24,375 nucleotides of DNA, taken from positions 1-24,375 of the forward strand of contig JAZRYO010000225.1 in NCBI GenBank assembly GCA_045600785.1, written 5' to 3'. Positions 8,734 to 17,200 of this stretch are shown one piece after another. A program made the translations under genes and the position numbers. Numbering within the stretch: position 1 is the first letter of the stretch; each line of letters begins with the position of its first letter. The notes under the pieces were generated by a model. It saw nothing but the letters and a program-made list of their open reading frames with translations, was not told the origin of the DNA and did not search any database. This DNA is from Christensenellaceae bacterium (GTDB lineage: Bacteria; Bacillota; Clostridia; Christensenellales; Borkfalkiaceae).

Positions 8734-9279
8734 ATGGAAAAGTATGCAGACAAAAACTTGTTGTCCGACGAGAAAATCGAACTTCGTGCGAAGTTTAGCG
8801 TTTTTTGTTTAGTTGGACCTATTCTATGGCTTATCGTAGCGTTAGTCATAGTCTTTACCATCGGTGGTGCGACCAAAGATATTGACGAACTTGATAGCAT
8901 GCTTAAAGTTTTCAAACTTGTGTTGATTGTTTTAGGCGTTCTTCCCCTTTTGAAGAAGATTATCATTTTAATGACGACCGACCTTGCGATAACCAATAAG
9001 CGTGTTATCGGAAAAACGGGCGTATTGAAAATCGAAACTCTTGACCTTCATATAGACAAGGTTGAAAGCGTAGAATTAAAAGCAAAGTTCTTTGAAAGAT
9101 TATTCGGATTAAACTCAATAGGCGTTAAGGGTTCGGGGGCATCTTCAATAACTTTATTCCACGGCATTGCTAACGCAACTCAATTTAAGAACGCCGTAAC
9201 GGAATCTATTGAAAAACACGCTGCCGAAGCACGTAGGGCGCAAGCCGAAGAAATCGCAAGAGCGATGGGCAAGAAATAA
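8734..9279 (+). CDS. Membrane protein with a bacterial PH-like (bPH_2/YdbS-like) domain, 181 aa
   Basis: Two hydrophobic segments, then DLAITNKRVIGKTGVL...LHIDKVESVEL...FERLFGLNSIGV; SD AAGGAG. Confidence 0.7.
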   Translation: MEKYADKNLLSDEKIELRAKFSVFCLVGPILWLIVALVIVFTIGGATKDIDELDSMLKVFKLVLIVLGVLPLLKKIIILMTTDLAITNKRVIGKTGVLKIETLDLHIDKVESVELKAKFFERLFGLNSIGVKGSGASSITLFHGIANATQFKNAVTESIEKHAAEARRAQAEEIARAMGKK

Positions 9280-9330
9280 TTTGTATTAAAAGGCTTAAGT
9301 TTTTTAACAAAATTTTATTGAAATACGAAA

Positions 9331-9375
9331 TTATGGGGGTATTTTTTCAAATTCCTTGAAAAAATACCCCCATAA
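9331..9375. repeat. Perfect 20-bp inverted repeat with 5-nt loop
   Basis: TTATGGGGGTATTTTTTCAA-attcc-TTGAAAAAATACCCCCATAA. Confidence 0.95.
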
Positions 9376-9379
9376 CGTT

Positions 9380-9447
9380 ATAAAACCCGTTTCGGGATTT
9401 TAGAAACGGGTTTTTAATATTCTACTTTTTTTAAGGTTAGACCTTCG
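9380..9447. repeat. Direct repeat copy 1 (68 bp): orphan duplicate of the truA 3' end and terminator
   Basis: Identical base for base to 10838-10905; encodes EGLTLKKVEY* on minus, followed by the AAAACCCGTTTC/GAAACGGGTTTT hairpin. Confidence 0.97.
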
Positions 9448-9565
9448 AGAATAAAATTTTGTCCGTCCTATTATTTGAAAACTTTGTCACAATTTGTCGT
9501 ATTTTTTCATCTGCTTGAAAATTTTTATAAAAAACGGTTAAATTTTTCATTTGGTTGAAAAAAAC

Positions 9566-9594
9566 TTGACATTTCTATTGTTATATATTATTAT
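9566..9594 (+). promoter_or_regulatory. sigmaA-type promoter of the ATPase gene
   Basis: TTGACA 9566-9571, 17 nt, TATTAT 9589-9594; SD AAGGAG 9601-9606. Confidence 0.7.
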
Positions 9595-9612
9595 AGACGT
9601 AAGGAGCGAAAT

Positions 9613-10806
9613 ATGATAATCAGAAACGAGTATTTGTCAGAATTACAATCTTTCAGAGAAAAAAAGTTAATAAAAGTTATTACCGGAATAAGACGTTGCG
9701 GAAAATCCACTTTGTTATTACAATATATCGACACGCTAAAACGTAGCGGAATAAAAGATAATCAAATTATTCATATAAATTTTGAAGCGCTGGAATATGA
9801 AGATTTACTTGATTATAGAAAATTATACGATTACATAAAACAAAGGTTAAGACCGAACGAATACACCTACGTTTTTTTAGACGAAGTTCAAAAAGTAAAA
9901 GATTTTCAAAAAGCCGTCGACAGTTTATATATTCAAAATTTTACAGACGTTTATATAACGGGTTCTAATTCCGATTTGTTATCAAGCGAAATTGCGACGC
10001 TGTTAACCGGAAGATTTGTTGAAATAAAATTACTTCCTTTATCGTTTAAGGAATATTTTTCGGTTCAAGATAAAAACATAGACAGGGATAAATTATTTTT
10101 TGAGTATCTAAAAACCGGTTCTTTACCTTACTTAACCGAATTGCCTGAAAAAAAAGCAAGAGAAATTTATATGGAAGGTTTATTCAACACGATAATGACC
10201 GTTGATATTGCAAAAAGACACCCGTCTGTAGATTTGTCGGTTTTAGATAGCATTTTCAAGTTTATCTTACATAATATAGGCAATTTGGTTTCGTCAACGG
10301 CTATATCTAACACTCTAATGTCAAACAACCGTAAAACGTCGTATAATTCAGTTGAAAAATACATTGCTTATCTTAAAGAGTGTTTTCTGATATACGAAGC
10401 AAAAAGATATGACGTTAAAGGTAAACAAAACCTAAAATCACTTGCTAAATATTACGTTGTAGATAACGGATTCAGAAATTTATTATTATCTAACAGCGAG
10501 TCCGATATAGGACACGTTTTGGAAAACGTTATTTATTTAGAACTTGTCCGTCGTGGTAATACGGTTTCCGTCGGAAAATTAGACGATAAAGAAGTCGATT
10601 TTGTCGTGGAAAACTCAAACGGTACGGAATATTATCAAATTTCGGCAACCGTTATGGACGAAACGAAATTTAAGTCGGAAATCGAACCGCTTAATAAAAT
10701 CAAAAATCATTATCCTAAATATTTAATTACGCTTGACAGATACGATTTCGGAAATTATCACGGTATAAAAATAATAAACGCCGTTGACTTTTTGTTGGAA
10801 GAATAA
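9613..10806 (+). CDS. AAA+ superfamily ATPase, AAA_14 plus DUF4143 (COG1373-type), 397 aa
   Basis: Walker A GIRRCGKS, Walker B VFLDEVQ, YITGSNS, KYYVVDNGF, LENVIYLEL, EVDFVV C-terminal motif. Confidence 0.88.
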   Translation: MIIRNEYLSELQSFREKKLIKVITGIRRCGKSTLLLQYIDTLKRSGIKDNQIIHINFEALEYEDLLDYRKLYDYIKQRLRPNEYTYVFLDEVQKVKDFQKAVDSLYIQNFTDVYITGSNSDLLSSEIATLLTGRFVEIKLLPLSFKEYFSVQDKNIDRDKLFFEYLKTGSLPYLTELPEKKAREIYMEGLFNTIMTVDIAKRHPSVDLSVLDSIFKFILHNIGNLVSSTAISNTLMSNNRKTSYNSVEKYIAYLKECFLIYEAKRYDVKGKQNLKSLAKYYVVDNGFRNLLLSNSESDIGHVLENVIYLELVRRGNTVSVGKLDDKEVDFVVENSNGTEYYQISATVMDETKFKSEIEPLNKIKNHYPKYLITLDRYDFGNYHGIKIINAVDFLLEE

Positions 10807-10833
10807 GCCGTTAAATCATCTGATAATTATATA

Positions 10834-10874
10834 AAAAATAAAACCCGTTTCGGGATTTTAGAAACGGGTTTTTA
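10834..10874. terminator. Bidirectional terminator between the convergent ATPase and truA genes
   Basis: 12-bp stem AAAACCCGTTTC/GAAACGGGTTTT (10840-10872) with T-runs on both strands. Confidence 0.8.
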
Positions 10875-10905
10875 ATATTCTACTTTTTTTAAGGTTAGAC
10901 CTTCG
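10838..10905. repeat. Direct repeat copy 2 (68 bp): functional truA 3' end and terminator
   Basis: Identical to 9380-9447. Confidence 0.97.
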
Positions 10906-11606
10906 GGGGCAAGGGTTATGCCTGCCGACTGTCTTTTTCCGCTTTTTATAACGTTTTTTACTTCTTTCGGCTTTATCTTTCCTTCGCCGACTTTTACGAG
11001 CGTCCCCGCCATTATCCTTACCATATTATATAAAAAGCCGTTGCCTTGAACCGTGAAGATAATATCTTCTCCCCTTTTTTCGACTTTGGCTTTATATATG
11101 ACTCTAACCGTGTCTTTGACTTTTGAATTACTCGCCAAAAAACACTTGAAATCGTGCTTGCCCAAAAAATACTTACACGCCTTTTTCATTTTTTTAACGT
11201 CAACGGGAAATTTTAGCCTATAAAATCTCTCGTCTTTTAAGGGGTGGGGAACGGGAGAATAATACATTTTATATTCGTAGGTTTTTTTCTTCGCCGAAAA
11301 CCTTGCGTGAAAGCCGTCATATTTCAGAAAACTTTCTACAACCGATACGTCGCTATCTAAATAGGGGTTTATGGCAAAGGCGAATTTTTCGGGCGGGATA
11401 TTAGAATTAGTATCAAAATGTGCGATTTGACCTTCGGCGTGAACTCCGCTATCCGTTCTTCCGCTACCGACCAAATTGACCTTTTCGCCCGTCGCCTTTT
11501 CTATTGCCTTTTCGATTTCTTCTTGCACCGTTCTTTTATCGGGTTGTGTTTGAAAACCGCAAAAGTTTTTTCCGTTATACTCTATTTTAAGGACTATTCT
11601 TCTCAT
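10872..11606 (-). CDS. truA: tRNA pseudouridine(38-40) synthase
   Basis: IEYNGKNFCGFQTQ...GSGRTDSGVHAEGQ (catalytic Asp)...FHARFSA...GNGFLYNMVRIMAG. Confidence 0.98.
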   Translation of the reverse strand: MRRIVLKIEYNGKNFCGFQTQPDKRTVQEEIEKAIEKATGEKVNLVGSGRTDSGVHAEGQIAHFDTNSNIPPEKFAFAINPYLDSDVSVVESFLKYDGFHARFSAKKKTYEYKMYYSPVPHPLKDERFYRLKFPVDVKKMKKACKYFLGKHDFKCFLASNSKVKDTVRVIYKAKVEKRGEDIIFTVQGNGFLYNMVRIMAGTLVKVGEGKIKPKEVKNVIKSGKRQSAGITLAPEGLTLKKVEY

Positions 11607-11610
11607 AACT

Positions 11611-12414
11611 TTATACCACCGTTTTACTTATAAATACGACGGCAAAAATAAACACCGCCGTCAAAGCGGTTGCGATTAAATCGCATAAAGAAAATTTGAG
11701 TTTTTTGTATTTCGTTCTCTTTCCGTTTCCCGAATAACACCTTGCGTCCATAGCGTCGCCGAGTTCGTCGGCACGACGAAATGCGGATACTAAAAGGGGT
11801 ATAAGTACGGGGATAAGCGCCTTAATACGCTTTATTACGTTTCCGCTTTCGAAATCTCCGCCCCTTGCTTTTTGGGCGCAAATAATTCTGTCCGTTTCGT
11901 CGGTAAGAGTCGGAATAAACCGTAATGCAATCGACATAATAAGCGCAAGTTCGTGGACGGGGAATTTGATTTTATTAAGCGGTTTTAATAAACTTTCAAG
12001 TCCGTCGCAAATGCCGACCGCCGTCGTCGTCAAGGTTAAAACCGAACTTCCCATAACGAGTGCGATAAGTCGTACCGACAAAAAAAGCGCACTTATTAAA
12101 CCTTCTTTATATATAACCCAAAAGAGTTTCGTGTCGCCGTCTTTTGCCGAGTAAAAACAAACGTTGATAATCGCCGTAAAGACGACCAAAACGATTATCC
12201 CTTTCATAGATTTTAAGACTGTTAATGGGGGAACTTTGGATAATATTATCGCAACGAGTAAAAAGGCAACGCAAAAGGAAAGCGCAATAAAATTTTGCGC
12301 CAAAAAGACTGCGACGATATATGCAATTAAAAGCAGTATTTTGGTTCTCGGGTCTAATTTGTGGATAGCCGACGAAACGGGATAATACTGTCCGAACGAT
12401 ACGTCCCTTAACAT
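11611..12414 (-). CDS. ecfT: ECF transporter transmembrane component T
   Basis: GQYYP...IHKLDPRTK...SIALRFIPTL...AQKARG...AMDARCY. Confidence 0.95.
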   Translation of the reverse strand: MLRDVSFGQYYPVSSAIHKLDPRTKILLLIAYIVAVFLAQNFIALSFCVAFLLVAIILSKVPPLTVLKSMKGIIVLVVFTAIINVCFYSAKDGDTKLFWVIYKEGLISALFLSVRLIALVMGSSVLTLTTTAVGICDGLESLLKPLNKIKFPVHELALIMSIALRFIPTLTDETDRIICAQKARGGDFESGNVIKRIKALIPVLIPLLVSAFRRADELGDAMDARCYSGNGKRTKYKKLKFSLCDLIATALTAVFIFAVVFISKTVV

Positions 12415-13268
12415 TTTTTCTTTATAATCTCTTTAATAAAATTTTCGGTCGAATAATCTAAATCTAAATTTACTCCGACTTTTTTAAGTTCGTCTTGTAA
12501 ATACTTGGTTATAGGTTCTTCAAGTCCTATTTCCTTTATTTCTTTGGTATCGAAAAACACTTCTTTGGGCGTTCCGAATTTAACAATTTTTCCGTGCGAA
12601 AATACTGCGACTTTATTACAGTTGTCGCACACTTCGTCCATATCGTGAGATATGATAACTACGGTTTTTGCGAACTCGCCGTGAAGTTTATGAAGTAAGT
12701 TCATAAGTTCTTTTTTGCCCTTGGGGTCAAGTCCCGCCACCGGCTCGTCTAAAACTAAAATCTCGGGTTTCGATACGATTACGCCCGCTATTGCCACCCT
12801 TCTTTTTTGTCCGCCCGAAAGGTCAAACGGCGAACGGCTTAAAACGGATAAGTCAAGCCCGACTTTTTCTACTGCGTCGATTACCGCCGACTTTACTTCT
12901 TCTTCGCTACTTTCTTTATAAAAATTTCGGTATCCGAAAGCGACGTCGTCGAAAACCGTTTCGGCGAAAAGTTGGTGTTCGGGGTATTGAAATACCATAC
13001 CCACTTTTTTGCGTAAGTTTATTAAATTCTTTCTCTCTTTTTTCTTTACTTTCGAAAGGTCGAATTCCCCTATTTGTAAGTTTCCTTCTTGGACGGGGAT
13101 AAGCGAGTTTAAGTGTTGGACGAAAGTCGATTTACCGCTACCCGTATGCCCTATTATTCCGAAAAAGTCCCCTTCTTCTATCTCGACGGAAACGCCGTCC
13201 AACGCCTTGACGGAGAATTTGCTTTTCTTATTATAAGTAAAGGTTAAGTTTTTTGCAGTAATTTGCAT
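12408..13268 (-). CDS. ecfA2: ECF transporter ATPase A2
   Basis: GHTGSGKST, VFQYPEHQLF, LSGGQKRRVAIAG, LDEPVAGLDP. Confidence 0.93.
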   Translation of the reverse strand: MQITAKNLTFTYNKKSKFSVKALDGVSVEIEEGDFFGIIGHTGSGKSTFVQHLNSLIPVQEGNLQIGEFDLSKVKKKERKNLINLRKKVGMVFQYPEHQLFAETVFDDVAFGYRNFYKESSEEEVKSAVIDAVEKVGLDLSVLSRSPFDLSGGQKRRVAIAGVIVSKPEILVLDEPVAGLDPKGKKELMNLLHKLHGEFAKTVVIISHDMDEVCDNCNKVAVFSHGKIVKFGTPKEVFFDTKEIKEIGLEEPITKYLQDELKKVGVNLDLDYSTENFIKEIIKKKC

Positions 13269-14101
13269 AGTTCTTTTGCCAAACTCTCCTTTGATAAAAT
13301 TCCGTCGCTTAAAGGTATTCCTTGCCTTTTAAGTTCATTTGCGATAATCGAAGCCTTGGGAAGTTCAAGACCGCACTTTTTAACCGTTTCATAGTCTTGA
13401 AAAACTTCGGCGGGAGTACCCGTTTTAACTATTTCGCCCTTTGATAAAATCATTATTTTATCGGCTTCTACCGCTTCGTCCATATAGTGAGTTATGTCTA
13501 TAACGGTCATACCGTTTTCTTTATTTAACTTTTTGACAACGTCTAAAACTTCCCGTCTGCCCTTGGGGTCTAACATAGAAGTCGCTTCGTCTAAAATGAG
13601 AATTTTAGGGTTGATTGCGATTGCTCCTGCGATTGCCACTCTTTGTTTTTGACCGCCCGACAATCTCGAAATTTGACTGTGCCTAAATTCTTCTAACCCT
13701 GCGACTTTAAGCGAATAGGTTATCGCCTTTTCGATATCGTCCCTTTCCATACCTATATTTTCAGGACCGAAAGCGATATCGTCTTCAACCATAGACGCTA
13801 TTTGTTGGTTGTCGGGATTTTGAAAAACCGTGCCTACTCTTTTTCTGACTTCGAGTAATTTGGAAGTGTCTTTAAGGTTAATGCCGAAAACTTCGACTTC
13901 GCCTTGGTCGGCACGCAAAAGTCCGCTCAAAAGTTTTGCGCAAGTACTTTTACCGCTACCGTTTTCGCCGAGTAGCGCAACGAAAGAACCTTGCTCTATT
14001 TTAAGAGTAAGGTTTTTAAGCACTTGTTTTTTAATTGACTTGCCGTTTTCGTCTGTTTTATCGTACGAAAATTCGACGCCTTTCATTTCAACGGAATTCA
14101 T
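13244..14101 (-). CDS. ecfA1: ECF transporter ATPase A1
   Basis: GENGSGKST, VFQNPDNQ, LSGGQKQRVAIAG, LDEATSMLDP. Confidence 0.93.
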   Translation of the reverse strand: MNSVEMKGVEFSYDKTDENGKSIKKQVLKNLTLKIEQGSFVALLGENGSGKSTCAKLLSGLLRADQGEVEVFGINLKDTSKLLEVRKRVGTVFQNPDNQQIASMVEDDIAFGPENIGMERDDIEKAITYSLKVAGLEEFRHSQISRLSGGQKQRVAIAGAIAINPKILILDEATSMLDPKGRREVLDVVKKLNKENGMTVIDITHYMDEAVEADKIMILSKGEIVKTGTPAEVFQDYETVKKCGLELPKASIIANELKRQGIPLSDGILSKESLAKELCKLLQKT

Positions 14102-14108
14102 AGGAAAT

Positions 14109-14137
14109 ATTATAGAGTAATTTACCGATTTTCACAA
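14109..14137 (-). promoter_or_regulatory. Candidate leaderless promoter of ecfA1
   Basis: TTGTGA (14137-14132), 17 nt, TATAAT (14114-14109), 7 nt, ATG; no SD. Confidence 0.55.
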
Positions 14138-14228
14138 CTGTTTGCATCCATAAAGATTATTTTAACAAAATTTAGGAAAAAATAAATAAAAAAAGGCTAA
14201 ATTTTACGGTGTTTTTAGTCGAAAATTA

Positions 14229-14257
14229 TTGACTATATATTATTAAAGGTTTATAAT
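14229..14257 (+). promoter_or_regulatory. sigmaA-type promoter of nifJ
   Basis: TTGACT 14229-14234, 17 nt, TATAAT 14252-14257; SD GGAGG. Confidence 0.78.
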
Positions 14258-14291
14258 TACATAGAATAAAAAATTTTATGGAGGATATCTT

Positions 14292-17200
14292 ATGAAAATT
14301 ATGACTATCGACGGTAATACCGCTGCAAGCCACGTCGCTTATGCGTTTTCCGAAGTTGCTGCGATTTACCCGATAACCCCTTCTTCGCCTATGGCGGAAG
14401 TTGCGGACGAATGGTCAACTGCAGGCAGAACGAATATGTTCGGTCAAAAACTCCGTTTGGCAGAAATGCAATCGGAAGCAGGTGCTGCGGGCGCAGTTCA
14501 CGGCTCACTCTCGGCAGGTGCTTTGACCGTCACTTATACGGCTTCGCAAGGCTTACTCTTGATGATTCCGAACATGTACAAAATCGCAGGCGAACTTTTA
14601 CCCTGCGTATTCCACGTCAGCGCAAGAGCACTTGCCGCACACTCTCTTAACATCTTCGGAGACCACTCCGACGTTATGGCTTGCCGTCAAACCGGTTTTG
14701 CTATGCTTGCGTCTAACTCCGTTCAAGAAGTTATGGACTTGGCACTCGTCGCACACCTTTCGACTTTGAAGGCAAAAGTTCCTTTCCTTCACTTCTTCGA
14801 CGGTTTCAGAACAAGCCACGAAGTAAGCAAAATCGAAGCGATTGACTATGAAGATATGAAAAATCTCGTCGATATAAAAGATATCGAAGATTTCAGAGCA
14901 AGGGCGTTAAACCCCGAACATCCTATCCAAAAGGGTACTGCGCAAAACAGCGATACTTATTTCCAAAACAGAGAATCGGCAAACGTTTATTACGAAGCCG
15001 TTCCCGCTATCGTTCAAAAGAATATGGATAAGGTTTCCGCTTTGACGGGCAGAAGTTATCACCTTTTCGATTACGTCGGCGCACCCGATGCGGAAAACGT
15101 AGTCGTCATTATGGGTAGCGGTGCTGAAGCAATCGACGAAACGATAACCAAACTCAACAAAGAAGGTCATAAACTCGGCCTTATCAAAGTTAGACTTTAC
15201 AGACCTTTCTCGACCAAAGCGTTCGTTAAGGCTATTCCCAAGACTTGTAAGAAGATTGCGGTATTAGATAGAACCAAAGAACCCGGTTCTTTGGGCGAAC
15301 CTTTATATCTCGACGTTTGTACGGCTCTTACCGAAGCAAACAAGAAGAAGATTAAAGTCGTCGGCGGTAGATACGGTTTAGGTTCTAAAGAATTTAACCC
15401 GTCTATGATTTACGCAGTTTATAAAAATCTCGAACTCGATAAACCGAAGAATCATTTTACGGTAGGTATTTACGACGATTTGACCAACACTTCGTTGGAC
15501 TTCTCTACTCAATATAACGCCGCACCCGAAGGAACTATAAGTTGTAAGTTCTACGGCTTGGGTTCTGACGGAACGGTCGGTGCAAACAAGAACTCCATTA
15601 AGATTATAGGCGACCATACGGATATGTATGCGCAAGGTTATTTCTTCTACGACAGTAAGAAGTCGGGCGGTATAACCGTATCTCATCTCCGTTTCGGTAA
15701 AACTCCTATTCAATCTTCTTACCTTATAGACGCAGCGGACTTCATCGCTTGCTCGCAACCTTCTTATCTTACGAGATACGATATGGCGGGCGACTTAAAA
15801 GACGGCGGTAAATTCTTACTCAACTGCGAGTGGGATTCTGCCGAAGCAATCGAAAACAATCTCCCTGCGGAAATGAAACAAAACCTTGCTAAAAAGCACG
15901 CTAAACTTTACGTTATCGACGCTATTAAGATAGCACAATCTATCGGTCTTGGCGGAAGAACAAACGCAATAATGCAAGCGGCGTTTTTCAAGGTCAACCC
16001 CGAAATAATGCCTTATGCGGAAGCAGAAGAATGGATGAAACAATACGTTAAGAAGTCGTACGGAAAGAAAGGCGACGCCGTCGTCAATATGAACTATGCG
16101 GCTATCGACAAGGCGTCAAGCGAACTTAAAGAAATTCAAATTCCTTCGTCTTGGGCAAACGCAACTACGGGTGCTACTCCCAACAAACTTGCGGATAACG
16201 ATTACTTCAAGGAAGTTATTCATCCTATCCTTGCCCTTAAAGGCGACAAACTTCCGTCTTCTAAATTCAATGCCGACGGACACGTTCCTACCGGAACTAC
16301 GAAGTTCGAAAAGCGTGGCGTTGCGGTTAAAATTCCTTCTTGGAACGCAGAAAACTGTATTCAATGTAATCAATGTGCTTTCGTATGTCCGCACGCTTGT
16401 ATCCGTCCTTGCCTTGTTAAAGACGGCGAAAAAGTTCCGTCTTCGTTCACGACGAAAGTCGCTATCGGCTTAAAGGGATATTCGTACCGTATGCAAGTAT
16501 CTCCGCTTGACTGTATGGGTTGCGGAGTTTGCGTACAAGTATGTCCTACCAAAGAAGAAAGCCGTGCGCTTACTATGGTCGCTTTGGAATCGGTTGTTAA
16601 ACCCGAATCCGAAAACTACGAGTTCAGCGAAAAGGTAGAAAAAGTCGACGTTTCCGCAACGTTTAAGCCTACTACCGTCAAGGGATCTCAATTTAAGAAA
16701 CCTTTATTCGAGTTCTCGGGCGCTTGCGCAGGCTGTGGCGAAACGCCTTACGTTAAAGTTATAACTCAAATGTTCGGCGACAGAATGGTAGTTGCAAACG
16801 CAACCGGTTGTTCGTCCATTTACGGCGGTTCTTCGCCGACGTGTCCTTATACTAAAAACGACGAAGGACACGGTCCTGCTTGGGCTAACAGTTTGTTTGA
16901 AGACAACGCCGAATTCGGATACGGTATCAACCTTGCTTACGCTCAAAGAAGAAGTAAACTTGCCGACGTTATGAGACAAGCACTCGATTTGGGACTTAAA
17001 GGCAGAGTCGGTGATTCGTTTAAGACTTGGCTTGAAAACAAGAAGAGTCCCGAAATAACCAAACAAGTTGCGTCTTCGTTGGAACTTGCATTGCCGTCGG
17101 CAATCAAGAACGCAAAGGGCGACTTAAAGGAACTTTTGAAAGACGTTCAAAAATCTCTCGACTGTATCGTTAAGAAATCCGTTTGGATATTCGGTGGCGA

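Larger units (their letters stand above)
9448..10905. mobile_element. Putative 1,458-bp integrated cassette at the truA 3' end (no integrase)
   Basis: Bounded by the 68-bp direct repeat; one cargo gene with its own promoter; AT-rich (two hand-counted 60-nt lines were 27-28% GC). Confidence 0.6.

Noticed and set aside
9308-9461. 12-bp inverted repeat CAAAATTTTATT (9308-9319 and 9450-9461) as IS/MITE ends
   Set aside because: Almost entirely A/T, straddles the direct-repeat boundary, and no target duplication is visible
9448-10837. Integrase or transposase remnant inside the cassette
   Set aside because: No tyrosine/serine recombinase or DDE motif in any listed ORF; the ATPase fills most of the interval
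14120-14170. Rex operator upstream of nifJ (TTCACAA at 14131-14137, TTAACAA near 14160)
   Set aside because: Only right half-sites; the left halves do not match TTGTGAA/TTGTTAA, and the first doubles as the ecfA1 -35
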